Below, one piece after another: positions 19,861 through 29,783 of a stretch of DNA of 64,000 bases. The stretch spans positions 32,001-96,000 of the forward strand of contig CAWFOM010000016.1 in assembly GCA_963817385.1 (NCBI GenBank). The letters run 5' to 3'. The notes under the pieces are model-generated. The model had not been told where the DNA came from, did not search any database, and saw only the letters and a program-made list of their open reading frames with translations. Numbering within the stretch: position 1 is the first letter of the stretch; each line of letters begins with the position of its first letter. The position numbers were made by a program, and so were the translations under genes. Source of the stretch: an uncultured delta proteobacterium. GTDB lineage: Bacteria > Desulfobacterota > Syntrophia > Syntrophales > UBA5619.

Positions 19861-20796
19861 TTACTCTTTTTCAATAAGTTGTAAAATTTCTATTGCCTTT
19901 TCATTCTGCGGATATAGCGCCAAGATAAACTGCAGCCTGTTTATTATCTGATCTTTGCTCATCTTGCTCGGATCCGATTTCCACAAAGCATATTCGGTCC
20001 GAGCCAGATTGACATTCATCTCTTCGTGAACAGGATCAATTTTTACCCCCCCCTGCCAAGCGTCCCGTGCCATATCGATATTACCAATTTCCTCATAGAG
20101 CGAGCCAATATTGCTCCAGGCTTTTGTATTAGCCGGCTCCAATTTCAGCAAACGCTGTAACAACTTTATCGCACCATGATAATCCCCTATTTGAATATAG
20201 AGATTGCCCAGATTAAAAATGGCATCTCTATGAACGGGATCGTATGCGAGGACTTTCAGATAGTGACTGACGGCTTCGTCGAACATATCATATCGATCGT
20301 AAAAAACAGCAAGGCAAAAGTGGGCATCTACATTATCCGGTTCGAAATCTATTGCCATCTGATATTTCTGGAGAGCTCCATAGTAATCACCCTCACGATC
20401 TCGTATATTTGCAATATTGATTATTGCTTCCACATTTTCCGGCTCTAATTCGAGGGCTTTCTGATACATATAACGTGCACTGGCTAGGCAGGCCATTCTT
20501 TCATAGGTATATCCCATATTGTTATAATTGTCGGTATTACCGGGTTCCAGCTCTCTTACCCTGCTAAAGCATTTAAGCGCCTCCTCGTAACTTTCCTGCT
20601 CCAGGTAAAGAAATCCTAAATTAACAAACGGATCGGCGTGGACGTCATCATGAGCGGTACGTGTGAGATAAGACTCTATCGCCTTTTGACGTTCCTCCTC
20701 AAGTATGTCAGCATGCTGGGTACCTTTATAAAACAACCGGCGGGCCGATTGTCTCTTTTCATTTTCCATACACCAACCCCCGCAAATTACGTTCAT
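19861..20796 (-). CDS. Tetratricopeptide repeat protein
   Basis: Multiple TPR units (YNNMGYTY, AIFNLGNLY, AWSNIGSLY); ATGA overlap with the upstream ATPase. Confidence 0.88.
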   Translation of the reverse strand: MNVICGGWCMENEKRQSARRLFYKGTQHADILEEERQKAIESYLTRTAHDDVHADPFVNLGFLYLEQESYEEALKCFSRVRELEPGNTDNYNNMGYTYERMACLASARYMYQKALELEPENVEAIINIANIRDREGDYYGALQKYQMAIDFEPDNVDAHFCLAVFYDRYDMFDEAVSHYLKVLAYDPVHRDAIFNLGNLYIQIGDYHGAIKLLQRLLKLEPANTKAWSNIGSLYEEIGNIDMARDAWQGGVKIDPVHEEMNVNLARTEYALWKSDPSKMSKDQIINRLQFILALYPQNEKAIEILQLIEKE

Positions 20797-22859
20797 CTTA
20801 TCTCTGTCTGGTTAAACCGGTTCAAAACATAATCCCTTATCTCCTGCCAGATAGGTACCGGATCCACAGTATACGATGTTATTAAATGTGAATTATTTTT
20901 CAGCGCTTCAGCGGCAAGCATTCCGGCCATCTTATAGCGATATTCCACTGTGGATGACTTTGACTGCTTCAGCAGGTCATCGGGTAAATCGATCTTAATT
21001 CTGCACCCATGAATTTCCAGTTCATCCGGAGATTTTGTCTTGGCATGTACTGATTCCTCGGGTATCCTTTTTCGGGGAGGAGGAGAAATTTTTTCTTGTG
21101 CCGCTTTGCCGATTTCGCTTAGCTTTGTATCTGCCTTACCTGCCGAAAGCCCTTCCTGCACCCTCAAAGATTTTCCTTCCCCCATCCCTTTATCGGATGG
21201 GACCTGCTCTGCACTCTGTTCCCTTATCGGCACACTCTCCTGTTGTATGAAAGGCGATACGCCTTCCATTTTAATGTCAAACCCTCCAATTCTTTCTCTC
21301 CCTGGTTCTGCTGATAAGTTCTCTTCTTGGCAAGAAGACGCTGTTTCTTGCGCCACGCTACCGGGCTCGCCTAACTTCGCATCTTCCCGATCTGTCGGGA
21401 GGCCTCCTTGCGCGCCCAAACCCATTCCTCCCTCTACTCCGTTATTAAGCTGGGCCTGCTCCGTGCTTGCCTCTTCTGCCGACACGCTTTCCTGTTGCAT
21501 GAAAGATGATACTTCATCTACCTTATTACCAGGCTCTCCAATTCTTTCTCCCCCTTGTCCTACTGACAAATTCTCTCCCTGGAGAGAAGATATTTCTTCT
21601 TGTACCTCTTTGTCGGGCTCGTCTAACTTCATATCTTCCCTATTTTCCGGAAGGCCCTCCTCCAAACTCAAGGTTATTTCTACCTCCATCCCATCAGCAA
21701 TTTGGCCCTGTTCTAAACTTGCCTCTTCTATGGGTGCGATTCCCTGCTGTATTAAAGATTCTGCTCCTTCCGTCTTACCGACAAGCTCGCCGATCCCTTC
21801 TATCACCCGACCTTCTGATAAGACCTCCTGGGAAAGGGAAGACGCTTCTTCATGCGGCTTATTAACAGATCCTCCATTTGCCTTGTCAATTTCCTCAATT
21901 TTATGATCATCTGGCTTCTCCGCTACGCTCGATGAGACTTTTCCTGGAACTTGCGTTGGAAGTCTCCGCTGAACATTGGGCCTCGTCATTTTGTTGAAGC
22001 GTGAGCCAATTTGGTCCACAACTTCTCCTTTTACTGAGGAAAGGCCATTCGTCTCCCCTGCCTTAAGGCAGAGTTTACACAATTTATTGATCAGCCGAGG
22101 AACGCCCCCATCGGAATTCTCCCATATCTTGTCAAAAGCATCATCAGTAAAAATTTGCCTCGTTGCGCCTGACAACTTCATCCTGGATTCAACATATTTT
22201 CTGACAACACTGACAGACTCGAATCTGGTTATTTTACAATAAGTTCCAACCCGTTGAAAGAGGTTGGCTCGGCTGGGATGTTCAAGTCTCTTAGCAAATT
22301 CAATCTGTCCTGCAAGCACCATGGTAAAGAGGTTCCTCCCGTCACCCTGCATGTTTGTCAGGAGACGAAGATTCTCCAGATTTTCTGGGCTGATGGCATT
22401 ACATTCATCGATAAAAATCAGTATTTTCTTACCCTCCTCAAGGGTTGAAAAGAGAAGTTTATTAAATGTTTCTAGTAGATTAACTTTTCTTTTTTCTTCA
22501 CACTGTTTTCCTTTAAGCTGACCAATAATCTCCTGGAGGACCTGGATGAAAGTAATGCCGGGATTGGTAATAAGAGCAATTTTGTATTTCTCTTGTTCCA
22601 GTAAATCAATGATCAAACGAATTGTGAGCGTTTTTCCTAAACCCACATCACCAACGATTACCGATATGCACTCATCACCCTCCTCAATGGCAAATAGCGT
22701 TTCAGCTACAGCGCTTTCCATTGAAGCGTGACAATCGACATACATGGAGGGATCAGGAACATTATCGAATGGCGGCCTATAGAGACCCCAATATTCATAA
22801 TATTTCGTTTCTGCCAAAGTTTCTGCCGTAGTTTCTATCATAGCTTCTGCCCCTTTCAT
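20793..22859 (-). CDS. ExeA/GspA-family AAA ATPase with an acidic repeat C-terminal region
   Basis: PPFDNVPDP, Walker A GDVGLGKT, IFIDEC, LENLRLLTN, VLAGQ, GGVPRLINKLC. Confidence 0.88.
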   Translation of the reverse strand: MKGAEAMIETTAETLAETKYYEYWGLYRPPFDNVPDPSMYVDCHASMESAVAETLFAIEEGDECISVIVGDVGLGKTLTIRLIIDLLEQEKYKIALITNPGITFIQVLQEIIGQLKGKQCEEKRKVNLLETFNKLLFSTLEEGKKILIFIDECNAISPENLENLRLLTNMQGDGRNLFTMVLAGQIEFAKRLEHPSRANLFQRVGTYCKITRFESVSVVRKYVESRMKLSGATRQIFTDDAFDKIWENSDGGVPRLINKLCKLCLKAGETNGLSSVKGEVVDQIGSRFNKMTRPNVQRRLPTQVPGKVSSSVAEKPDDHKIEEIDKANGGSVNKPHEEASSLSQEVLSEGRVIEGIGELVGKTEGAESLIQQGIAPIEEASLEQGQIADGMEVEITLSLEEGLPENREDMKLDEPDKEVQEEISSLQGENLSVGQGGERIGEPGNKVDEVSSFMQQESVSAEEASTEQAQLNNGVEGGMGLGAQGGLPTDREDAKLGEPGSVAQETASSCQEENLSAEPGRERIGGFDIKMEGVSPFIQQESVPIREQSAEQVPSDKGMGEGKSLRVQEGLSAGKADTKLSEIGKAAQEKISPPPRKRIPEESVHAKTKSPDELEIHGCRIKIDLPDDLLKQSKSSTVEYRYKMAGMLAAEALKNNSHLITSYTVDPVPIWQEIRDYVLNRFNQTEIR
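21096..21851 (-). repeat. Three tandem 252-bp (84-aa) acidic repeats inside the ExeA-like gene
   Basis: Units start EEASSL/EEISSL/ETASSC, followed by EKISPP exactly 756 bp after the first. Confidence 0.85.
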
Positions 22860-22880
22860 GAATCTAAGTCATAGTTTAAT

Positions 22881-23618
22881 TCAGATTGTTTCAGCTCGTA
22901 AAATATCCTGCTGCGAACCATGGGGATTCAGGCTTTCTGCAAGATATGAGAGAACATCCTCAAGCATATAGCGCCTACCCTTGCCGATCTTGTAGCTCTT
23001 CAATTTCCCATCCCTTACAATCGTTTTAAGCGACCCATTGCTGATTCTTAGCATCTGTAGCACTTCTCCGGACATGAGCAAGCGGATAGGTGCCAGCGGC
23101 TCAAATTCGAATTTGATGGTAACCGGTTTGTCTTGATAATTTAGCTCTGCAAATCCACCAGCAAGCTCCCCGTTGAAAACCGACAGCAAACCCGAACTTG
23201 ATCTGATAGTTTTGATTTGTTCCTGAGTAAGCGTCAAGAAAACGGTTTCCCGGGGAACTGTTTTTTGATTATCATCGAGCGTGATATCCTGAGCGGTTTT
23301 ATGAGGCATAATATCGTTATCAGAACAAGGAGCAATAAATTGCCGTGCTTCTCCCAGTTCTATCTCTTGGCTGTCGGAAACCGCATCGTTTATGACGTCA
23401 TTCTTGGTATAAGAAGAAATAAATTGCTGGGCTATCCCCTGTTCTCTTCCCTGGCTATCGGAAACCTTATTGCTTATGATGTCATTTTTTGCATAAGAAG
23501 AAATAAATTGCTGGGGTATCCCCTGTTCTCTTCCCTGACTAATAATCCCTTGTCCTCCATGGGAGTGAATGGGATTGATGATTTTCTTTCTCAGTTTGAC
23601 AAGGCAAATCTTCTCCAT
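22881..23618 (-). CDS. Excisionase-like HTH (HTH_17) protein with N-terminal 28-aa repeats
   Basis: C-terminal LLMSGEVLQMLRIS...GKLKSYKIGKGRRY. Confidence 0.78.
   Translation of the reverse strand: MEKICLVKLRKKIINPIHSHGGQGIISQGREQGIPQQFISSYAKNDIISNKVSDSQGREQGIAQQFISSYTKNDVINDAVSDSQEIELGEARQFIAPCSDNDIMPHKTAQDITLDDNQKTVPRETVFLTLTQEQIKTIRSSSGLLSVFNGELAGGFAELNYQDKPVTIKFEFEPLAPIRLLMSGEVLQMLRISNGSLKTIVRDGKLKSYKIGKGRRYMLEDVLSYLAESLNPHGSQQDILRAETI
23286..23537 (-). repeat. Three tandem 84-bp (28-aa) repeats
   Basis: QGREQGIPQQFISSY.. / QGREQGIAQQFISSY.. / QEIELGEARQFIAPC.. starting at 23537, 23453 and 23369. Confidence 0.85.
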
Positions 23619-24317
23619 ACTTCCTCCTTACTTTGTCACTTTGTTATATCGTTGTCACACTTGTCTAGTTATATAGAAATAAGGGCTTACCCAATACCGG
23701 GCGAGCCAGTACCGTAATCCGGTTTTACGGAACCATTAGACTATCTCAGCTCCATGCAATTGGTTCCCCGCGCCAATCCAGCCACGCAATCACCGAAGCG
23801 CAACATAAGCACTTAACGATGCCCAAGCACCTTGGTTCAGAAATTCGGTTACGAATTTACGCGGCCAGTCAATCAGCATTCACTTGTTTCAGTTTGATTT
23901 TGTTGAATAACATGTTTAGATCGTTCCGGGTGAATTTCCATTTGAACGGTTCGGCGATCGGCTCCAATATCATTGTAAATTCACTTATGAACAGCTGATT
24001 ACCGCCACTGGCGCATCCATTTAAAGCCTATATCGGCTAAAACCGGCTAAAAGTTTAATAAATTTTAAATTATTGATAGAATTTGTTTTTGCGCGGATTG
24101 AGGCCACGGAAAGGAGTCTTGTCCATCAAGGAGATTATATAATAATTTGGTGTTATGTCATTATGTAAGCGTCCCAGGAGTAGTCGGGACCGATTGTAAC
24201 AAACAAAATGCAACGGAAAAAATAACGTGATATATGAGTCACGCCATTGTAATGCCATCGAGAGACCAAGAGGCAAACAGAGAAAGCAACAATAAAACCG
24301 TACTATAGGGAAGGAAC

Positions 24318-25973
24318 ATGTACAGAGAACCAACGAAAGCACCCTGCAGGGAAGCGTGTCCGGCGGGAGTGGACGTGCCGCGCTATCTTCGCCTCATTGT
24401 CGCCGGTAAATATGCCGAAGCACTGGCTGTCATCCGTGAGAGCATCCCCTTTCCGGCTGTCTGCGGCTACGTTTGTCCCGGCCCCTGCGAGATCAAGTGT
24501 CAGTTGGCTCAAGTAGCCGATGCTCCCGAGGCCATACGGGCACTCAAACGCTTTGTTGCCGACCACGTTTCCGGAGAGCGGCAACATAATCGTGAGATAC
24601 CGTCTACCGGGAAACGTGTAGCCATTGTGGGTTCAGGGCCGGCCGGTCTGACGGCTGCCTACTATCTGGCCAGACAAGGGCACAGGCCCACCGTCTTTGA
24701 GGCGCTGTCTGAGCCGGGAGGAATGATGCGAGTGGGGATACCGGCCTACCGGCTCCCCCGGGATATTCTCGATGCCGAAATTGAAGATATAAAGAAAGCC
24801 GGTATCGAGGTGAAAACGGACGCCAGAATCGAATCGCCGGATAGCCTTCTTGCACAGGGCTATGACGCCGTCTTCCTCGCCGTCGGCGCCCATCGCGGAG
24901 TCAGGATGGGAATAGACGGGGAAGACAGCCCTGGGGTAATCGATGCCCTCTCTTTTTTGCGCCGGGTCAATTTGGGCAAATGCCCGACGGTGGGCAAGAG
25001 CGTGGCCGTAGTCGGCGGCGGCAATTCAGCCGTGGATGCTGCACGGACCGCCCTCCGGCTGGGCGCCAAAGAAGTAACGATTGTGTATCGCCGGACCAGG
25101 GCGGAAATGCGGGCTTACCCGGAGGAAATACATGAAGCCATACGCGAAGGGGTGAATATCGTCTTTTTGGCCACTCCCAGCCGGATAAGTACCGAAGACG
25201 GCCGCCTCAGGATGGAGTGTCTGCGCACAAGGCCGGGCAGCAAAGATGCCGCTGTTCCTCCCCAGCCGATCAAGGGCAGCGAATTTACCGTGGACGCGGA
25301 GACAGTGATTGTGGCCGTCGGCCAGGAGCCGGAGATTCCACCGGAGTTCTCACTATCGCTCAAGGGCAAGACCATCCCGATTGCCCCCGACAGCATGGCG
25401 ACGGCAAAGGCCGGGGTCTTTGCAGGCGCCGACTGTGTCACCGGACCCAGGTCCGTTATCGAAGCGATTGCCGCCGGCAGGCAAGCCGCGATCGCCATAG
25501 ACCGATACCTTGGGGGCCGTGGCGTTATCGAAGAGAGACTGGCGCCGCCTGAGGAAGCGATGACGCCGGTAGAGACGAATTATCCTCCCCCAACGGCTAT
25601 CGGGAATGAGATACCGCTCTTGTCCGTCACCGAGCGATTCAACGGCTTCCCTCTCGTGGAACTGCCGCTATCTCCGGAGATAGCCGCTCACGAGGCAAAC
25701 CGCTGCCTGAAATGTGACCTTCCCATTGTGGTCGAGGCAACGAAATGCCGGTCATGTTATGTCTGCCAACTGGTATGCTCTCTCCGATTTGAAGGCGCCT
25801 TTAACACCTCGAAAGCCGCCATCAGTATCCTGCCGGTTATGAAGTCCGACGGCGACGTGGATATCCGGATCTCCTTTGAGGATAAATGTGATTCCTGCGG
25901 CCTGTGCGTCCGATATTGTCCCTTCGGCGCCCTGACCCGGGGAAATGGCAAAATTTCAAGCCTGACAATATGA
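24318..25973 (+). CDS. GltD/NfnB-like FAD/NAD(P) oxidoreductase with a fused C-terminal ferredoxin
   Basis: APCREACPAG, CGYVCPGPCE, GSGPAG, GGGNSAVD, YRRT, EANRCLKC, CRSCYVC, CDSCGLC. Confidence 0.88.
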   Translation: MYREPTKAPCREACPAGVDVPRYLRLIVAGKYAEALAVIRESIPFPAVCGYVCPGPCEIKCQLAQVADAPEAIRALKRFVADHVSGERQHNREIPSTGKRVAIVGSGPAGLTAAYYLARQGHRPTVFEALSEPGGMMRVGIPAYRLPRDILDAEIEDIKKAGIEVKTDARIESPDSLLAQGYDAVFLAVGAHRGVRMGIDGEDSPGVIDALSFLRRVNLGKCPTVGKSVAVVGGGNSAVDAARTALRLGAKEVTIVYRRTRAEMRAYPEEIHEAIREGVNIVFLATPSRISTEDGRLRMECLRTRPGSKDAAVPPQPIKGSEFTVDAETVIVAVGQEPEIPPEFSLSLKGKTIPIAPDSMATAKAGVFAGADCVTGPRSVIEAIAAGRQAAIAIDRYLGGRGVIEERLAPPEEAMTPVETNYPPPTAIGNEIPLLSVTERFNGFPLVELPLSPEIAAHEANRCLKCDLPIVVEATKCRSCYVCQLVCSLRFEGAFNTSKAAISILPVMKSDGDVDIRISFEDKCDSCGLCVRYCPFGALTRGNGKISSLTI

Positions 25974-26005
25974 AAAGAGGCAGGGCCAGAAAGGAGGCAT
26001 TCGCC

Positions 26006-27883
26006 GTGTCAGCAAACACCATTTGCGGCTATGCCGGTAAGATACTCAGGGTTGACCTCACCAACGAGCGGATCACCGAGGAAGTGTTGGATGAGGCCAC
26101 CCTTAGAAAGTGGGTAGGCGGGGTCGGCTTCGGGGCCAAGTACCTCTATGATGAGGTGCCTCCGGGAGTTCAGTGGAATGACCCGGCCAACCGCATCATC
26201 ATAGCCAGCGGACCCCTGGGGGGAACGATGGTAGGGGGCTCGGGCAACATCTCCATCAGCACGAAAGGCTGCCTGACCAACGGCGCCACCTCGACTCAGG
26301 CGAATGGCTTTATGGGCGCCTTCATGAAGTCCTCCGGGTTTGATGCGATCATCTTCGAGGGAATAGCCAGGCGGTGGGTTTACCTCTACATGCACGACGG
26401 CACCGCCGAACTGAGGGATGCCCGACATCTTCTCGGTAAGAATACGTGGGAAACCGAGGATGAGATCAAGGCCGAGTTAGGCTATATCGACCGGCAGATG
26501 AGTGTCTTCTGCATCGGCCCTGCCGGAGAGAACCTGGTGAAATACGCCGGTATTTTTGGAGATAAGGACCACTGCGCCGGCCACAATGGAGTCGGCGCGG
26601 TGATGGGCGTAAAAAAACTCAAGGCCTTCTGTGCCCCGCTGGGCCGCACTTCCATCAAAGTGGCCTCGCCGAAGAAGCTGCTGCCCATAATCGAAGGAAT
26701 GTGGCGTGCGGTACAGAAAGATCCGGGAGGAAAGAAAATTTTCAACTTGGGAACCGCCGGCGGTTACGGAACCGGCGAGCAGCGCGTTGCGGCGGGAACG
26801 CTGCCGGTCAGAAACTACCTGACCAACCTTTATCCCGAGTCCCGGCTCATGACCTGCCAATATGTCCGGGAACGTTGGAGCGCCACGCCGATGCCCTGCT
26901 GGGCGTGCGGATCGCATCATTGCCATATGATCACCATCACCGACGGCCCGTACCGCGGGTTGAAGGTGGAAGAACCGGAATACGAGATGTTTGCCGCCTG
27001 GGGGCCTCTGGTAGGCAATACGGACCCGGCGGAAACCCTGGTGATGTCCAACCTGATGACCTTGCTGGGACTGGAAGGGAATGAGGCCAGCTTTGTCACC
27101 GCGATGGTGATTGAACTTTATGAGAAGGGTATTCTCACGAAAGAGGATACGGAAGGGCTGGAGCTCACATGGGGCAACAACGGAGCCATACGGACATTGC
27201 TTGAACGGATCGCCCGCCGTGAGGGCGCCTTCGCCGACATGCTCGCCGAGGGGATCAAGTATGCCGCGGAGACCTTGGGAGAAGAGGCACTGAACTGCGG
27301 CGTTTATACCATGAAAGGGCATGCCCCGCGAGGGCATGACCACCGGGCTTTCTGGCGTGAGATGTTCGACACGGCTACTTCCGATGTCGGCACTTACTCA
27401 TCAGGCTACATGGGACCTACGGACCCTGACTCGCATTCCTTGAAGGAGCGGTTCTCACCGGAGGATGTGTCTACTCACATTGCCAAAACCAAAGGCAGAC
27501 GCCAGCTTGAGGATACGTTGGGTACGTGTTCCTTCTGCACTCGGGCGCCACTGCATTTCCTGGTGGAAGCGCTCAACGCAGTTACCGGATGGGATTTCAC
27601 GGTCACGGAAGCTCAAGATGTCGGCTTCAGGGTGGCCAACCTGATGCGTGCCTTCAATCTTCAACACGGTGTCGGCGTGGATCTCGAACAGCCTTCCCCA
27701 CGCTGGAGTTCCACCCCCGTCGACGGCCCTGCCAAGGGCATCAGCATCGCGGCACATTGGGACGGCATGCTGGACAATTACTATCGCCTGATGGGCTGGG
27801 ATAGGCAGACCGGGAAGCCTTTTCCGGCAACCTTAAAAGCCTTGGGACTGGATTCTGTTATCGCTGACCTCTGGATTGAATAA
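26006..27883 (+). CDS. aor: Tungsten-dependent aldehyde:ferredoxin oxidoreductase family protein
   Basis: GYAGKILRVDLT, CIGPAGENLV, GVGAVMGVKKLKA, CWAC...C, EPEYE, DNYYRLMGWD; AGGAGG RBS before GTG. Confidence 0.9.
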   Translation: MSANTICGYAGKILRVDLTNERITEEVLDEATLRKWVGGVGFGAKYLYDEVPPGVQWNDPANRIIIASGPLGGTMVGGSGNISISTKGCLTNGATSTQANGFMGAFMKSSGFDAIIFEGIARRWVYLYMHDGTAELRDARHLLGKNTWETEDEIKAELGYIDRQMSVFCIGPAGENLVKYAGIFGDKDHCAGHNGVGAVMGVKKLKAFCAPLGRTSIKVASPKKLLPIIEGMWRAVQKDPGGKKIFNLGTAGGYGTGEQRVAAGTLPVRNYLTNLYPESRLMTCQYVRERWSATPMPCWACGSHHCHMITITDGPYRGLKVEEPEYEMFAAWGPLVGNTDPAETLVMSNLMTLLGLEGNEASFVTAMVIELYEKGILTKEDTEGLELTWGNNGAIRTLLERIARREGAFADMLAEGIKYAAETLGEEALNCGVYTMKGHAPRGHDHRAFWREMFDTATSDVGTYSSGYMGPTDPDSHSLKERFSPEDVSTHIAKTKGRRQLEDTLGTCSFCTRAPLHFLVEALNAVTGWDFTVTEAQDVGFRVANLMRAFNLQHGVGVDLEQPSPRWSSTPVDGPAKGISIAAHWDGMLDNYYRLMGWDRQTGKPFPATLKALGLDSVIADLWIE

Positions 27884-28141
27884 AAATTAGCATTCTGATT
27901 TTCAATACCACAAACCGGCAGAACCGATGTCTCTACAAGTCCTCGGATCTTGATTTGGAGTCGACGCGATGATTACCGCTCGAAAGCAGTGACGCCTTGG
28001 GAGTCCATGGAATTTCCTCCCCGACCGCCTGCGTCATTTCTGTTCCGTCTTCCTATCCCCACCCGCTTGGATTTTATCCGCCGGGAACCTGACAGTGTGT
28101 CTCGGTTCCCGGCGGATGTTTTTCTGCGGTGGGTCAAGATA

Positions 28142-28357
28142 TCATTTCTTCGCTTTGGCCGGTTTTTTGGCGACCGCTTTTGCTTTGGCTGGTGCTTTCG
28201 CCTTGGCTTTTGCCTTTGCTTTGGCTGGCGCCTTTGCAACCGCTTTTGCCTTGGCTTTGACCGGTTTCGCCGCCGCTTTTACCGGAGCCTTCACGGGGGT
28301 CTTTGTTTTGGCAGGGGCCTTCGCCGGTTTTGCCGGAACCTTCTTCGCTGTTGCCAT
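28142..28357 (-). CDS. Histone H1-like Lys/Ala/Pro-rich DNA-binding protein
   Basis: MATAKKVPAKPAK...KKPAKAKK with its own GGAGG RBS. Confidence 0.75.
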   Translation of the reverse strand: MATAKKVPAKPAKAPAKTKTPVKAPVKAAAKPVKAKAKAVAKAPAKAKAKAKAKAPAKAKAVAKKPAKAKK

Positions 28358-28789
28358 ACGCACTTCCTCCCTTTTAAATATGCGATTCCGCCTCACCGGG
28401 CCTCGGCCTGACCGTGCCCTCCTGCGTGCGAAATCGTGAGACTCACCAGGATGGTTAATACTCTTTGTCTTTGCTTTTATATCAGGAGCATTTCCTGAAA
28501 TCTTGCTGTCAACCGCAGAGAGGTTTCCCTTTTGTTGAGCTGAGGTAGATTCAAGTTTTTGCTTTTCTTTTCTGAGACCTTCTTTTTGCTGTTTGATTTT
28601 CTTCTGACGCTCAGTTTTTTCTACCTCGCGAACTTGCTGGGGAGATAAAATTTCCACCCGTAAGCGTGTAAACGGACATATAGTACCGGGTTTCAAATTG
28701 TATTTTTGGGCGATGGAATCTTCAATTTGGTAACCATCGACAAGTTCCCCATTGCCTAAAACGTCAAGAAATAATTTGCTCATAATTAG

Positions 28790-28987
28790 TCACCAAGCCT
28801 TTTCTGGTTCATCCGGTTGATGCGTACTTCTCTCCACAACTGTTAAGATTGCAATGAACCAAGTCAACCAGTATATTCTTTTTGACAATGTTACCATTTC
28901 TTTCGAAAGCGCTGATGATGACTCGTCGAATTTTTGAATTGCCTCTACGATTGGTTTAGCGATTTGTGTGGCTTCATCCCATGCCAT
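28790..28987 (-). CDS. Small hypothetical membrane protein (AT-rich islet)
   Basis: 65-aa ORF with one hydrophobic stretch. Confidence 0.4.
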   Translation of the reverse strand: MAWDEATQIAKPIVEAIQKFDESSSALSKEMVTLSKRIYWLTWFIAILTVVERSTHQPDEPEKAW

Positions 28988-29032
28988 CGGATATTCCTTA
29001 TTGAATCTGTTTCAAATCAGGATCGGTGGTGA

Positions 29033-29338
29033 CTAATACGATACCTGTCGGATTACCCGGATGACCTTGCCGCTTTCCAGGACGATCGTTGTCAATATCT
29101 GCTCGTCGCCCGCTGCAGGTAAATAGATCCACCGCTTGGTAATAACCGTTGCACCTCCACCGGTGTCAACGCTTTCGCTATCAGGCTTTCCTATTTTTAC
29201 CAGTACATCGCCTTCGCTCATTCCCTGGCGAATGAACTTCCTTTCAGATGCATCAGCCGCAATGGTCGACGATATCGAGAACACCAACAAGAAGGCTATG
29301 CATGCAATAGCGTAAACGGGGTATTTGAGGGCCAGCAT
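29033..29338 (-). CDS. Exported small protein, DUF2845/SmpA-like
   Basis: Signal peptide followed by GMSEGDVLVKIGKPD...KRWIY...GKVIRV. Confidence 0.65.
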   Translation of the reverse strand: MLALKYPVYAIACIAFLLVFSISSTIAADASERKFIRQGMSEGDVLVKIGKPDSESVDTGGGATVITKRWIYLPAAGDEQILTTIVLESGKVIRVIRQVSY

Positions 29339-29783
29339 TTTATTTCCCTCCAGCATGTTCATACAGGATGGAACGTATCCGGCTGCTTCGAATATTTTGA
29401 ATTTTACTACCACACTTATCCTTTGAAATCCATTATAAAAGATAAATTTTCGGCCTACGTCTTTCATGAAGAACATCTTAGACACATTTAAGCCGGATGA
29501 CCCATTTACTAGATCCGCCGGTGCTCCTATCCAGACATAGGGTGTTTTTGCGGAATACGCCATTGCGCGCCAGTAGTATACCGGAGGGAATGCGGGGGCG
29601 CTCGCCGCAGTCTTGGTGAAGTCGGCGATGGCGGGTTTAGAGTTTATAGTGCCAGCCCAAAAAATAATTGCATTTCCACAGTTATGCTTTATAAGATGTA
29701 GTCGCTTTCTATGCATGCCGGGGCCTGCCGGCGCCTTTGTCGTATTCGCGGGTGCAGTGACGAATTCGAAGGAGGTCAGTGGT

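Noticed and set aside
20793..22859. Type II secretion system or Tn7/Mu transposon inferred from the ExeA-like ATPase
   Set aside because: No secretin, pilin or transposase genes are adjacent
28142..28783. The 213-aa ORF as one protein
   Set aside because: A composition break and an internal RBS plus ATG at 28357 indicate a separate H1-like gene
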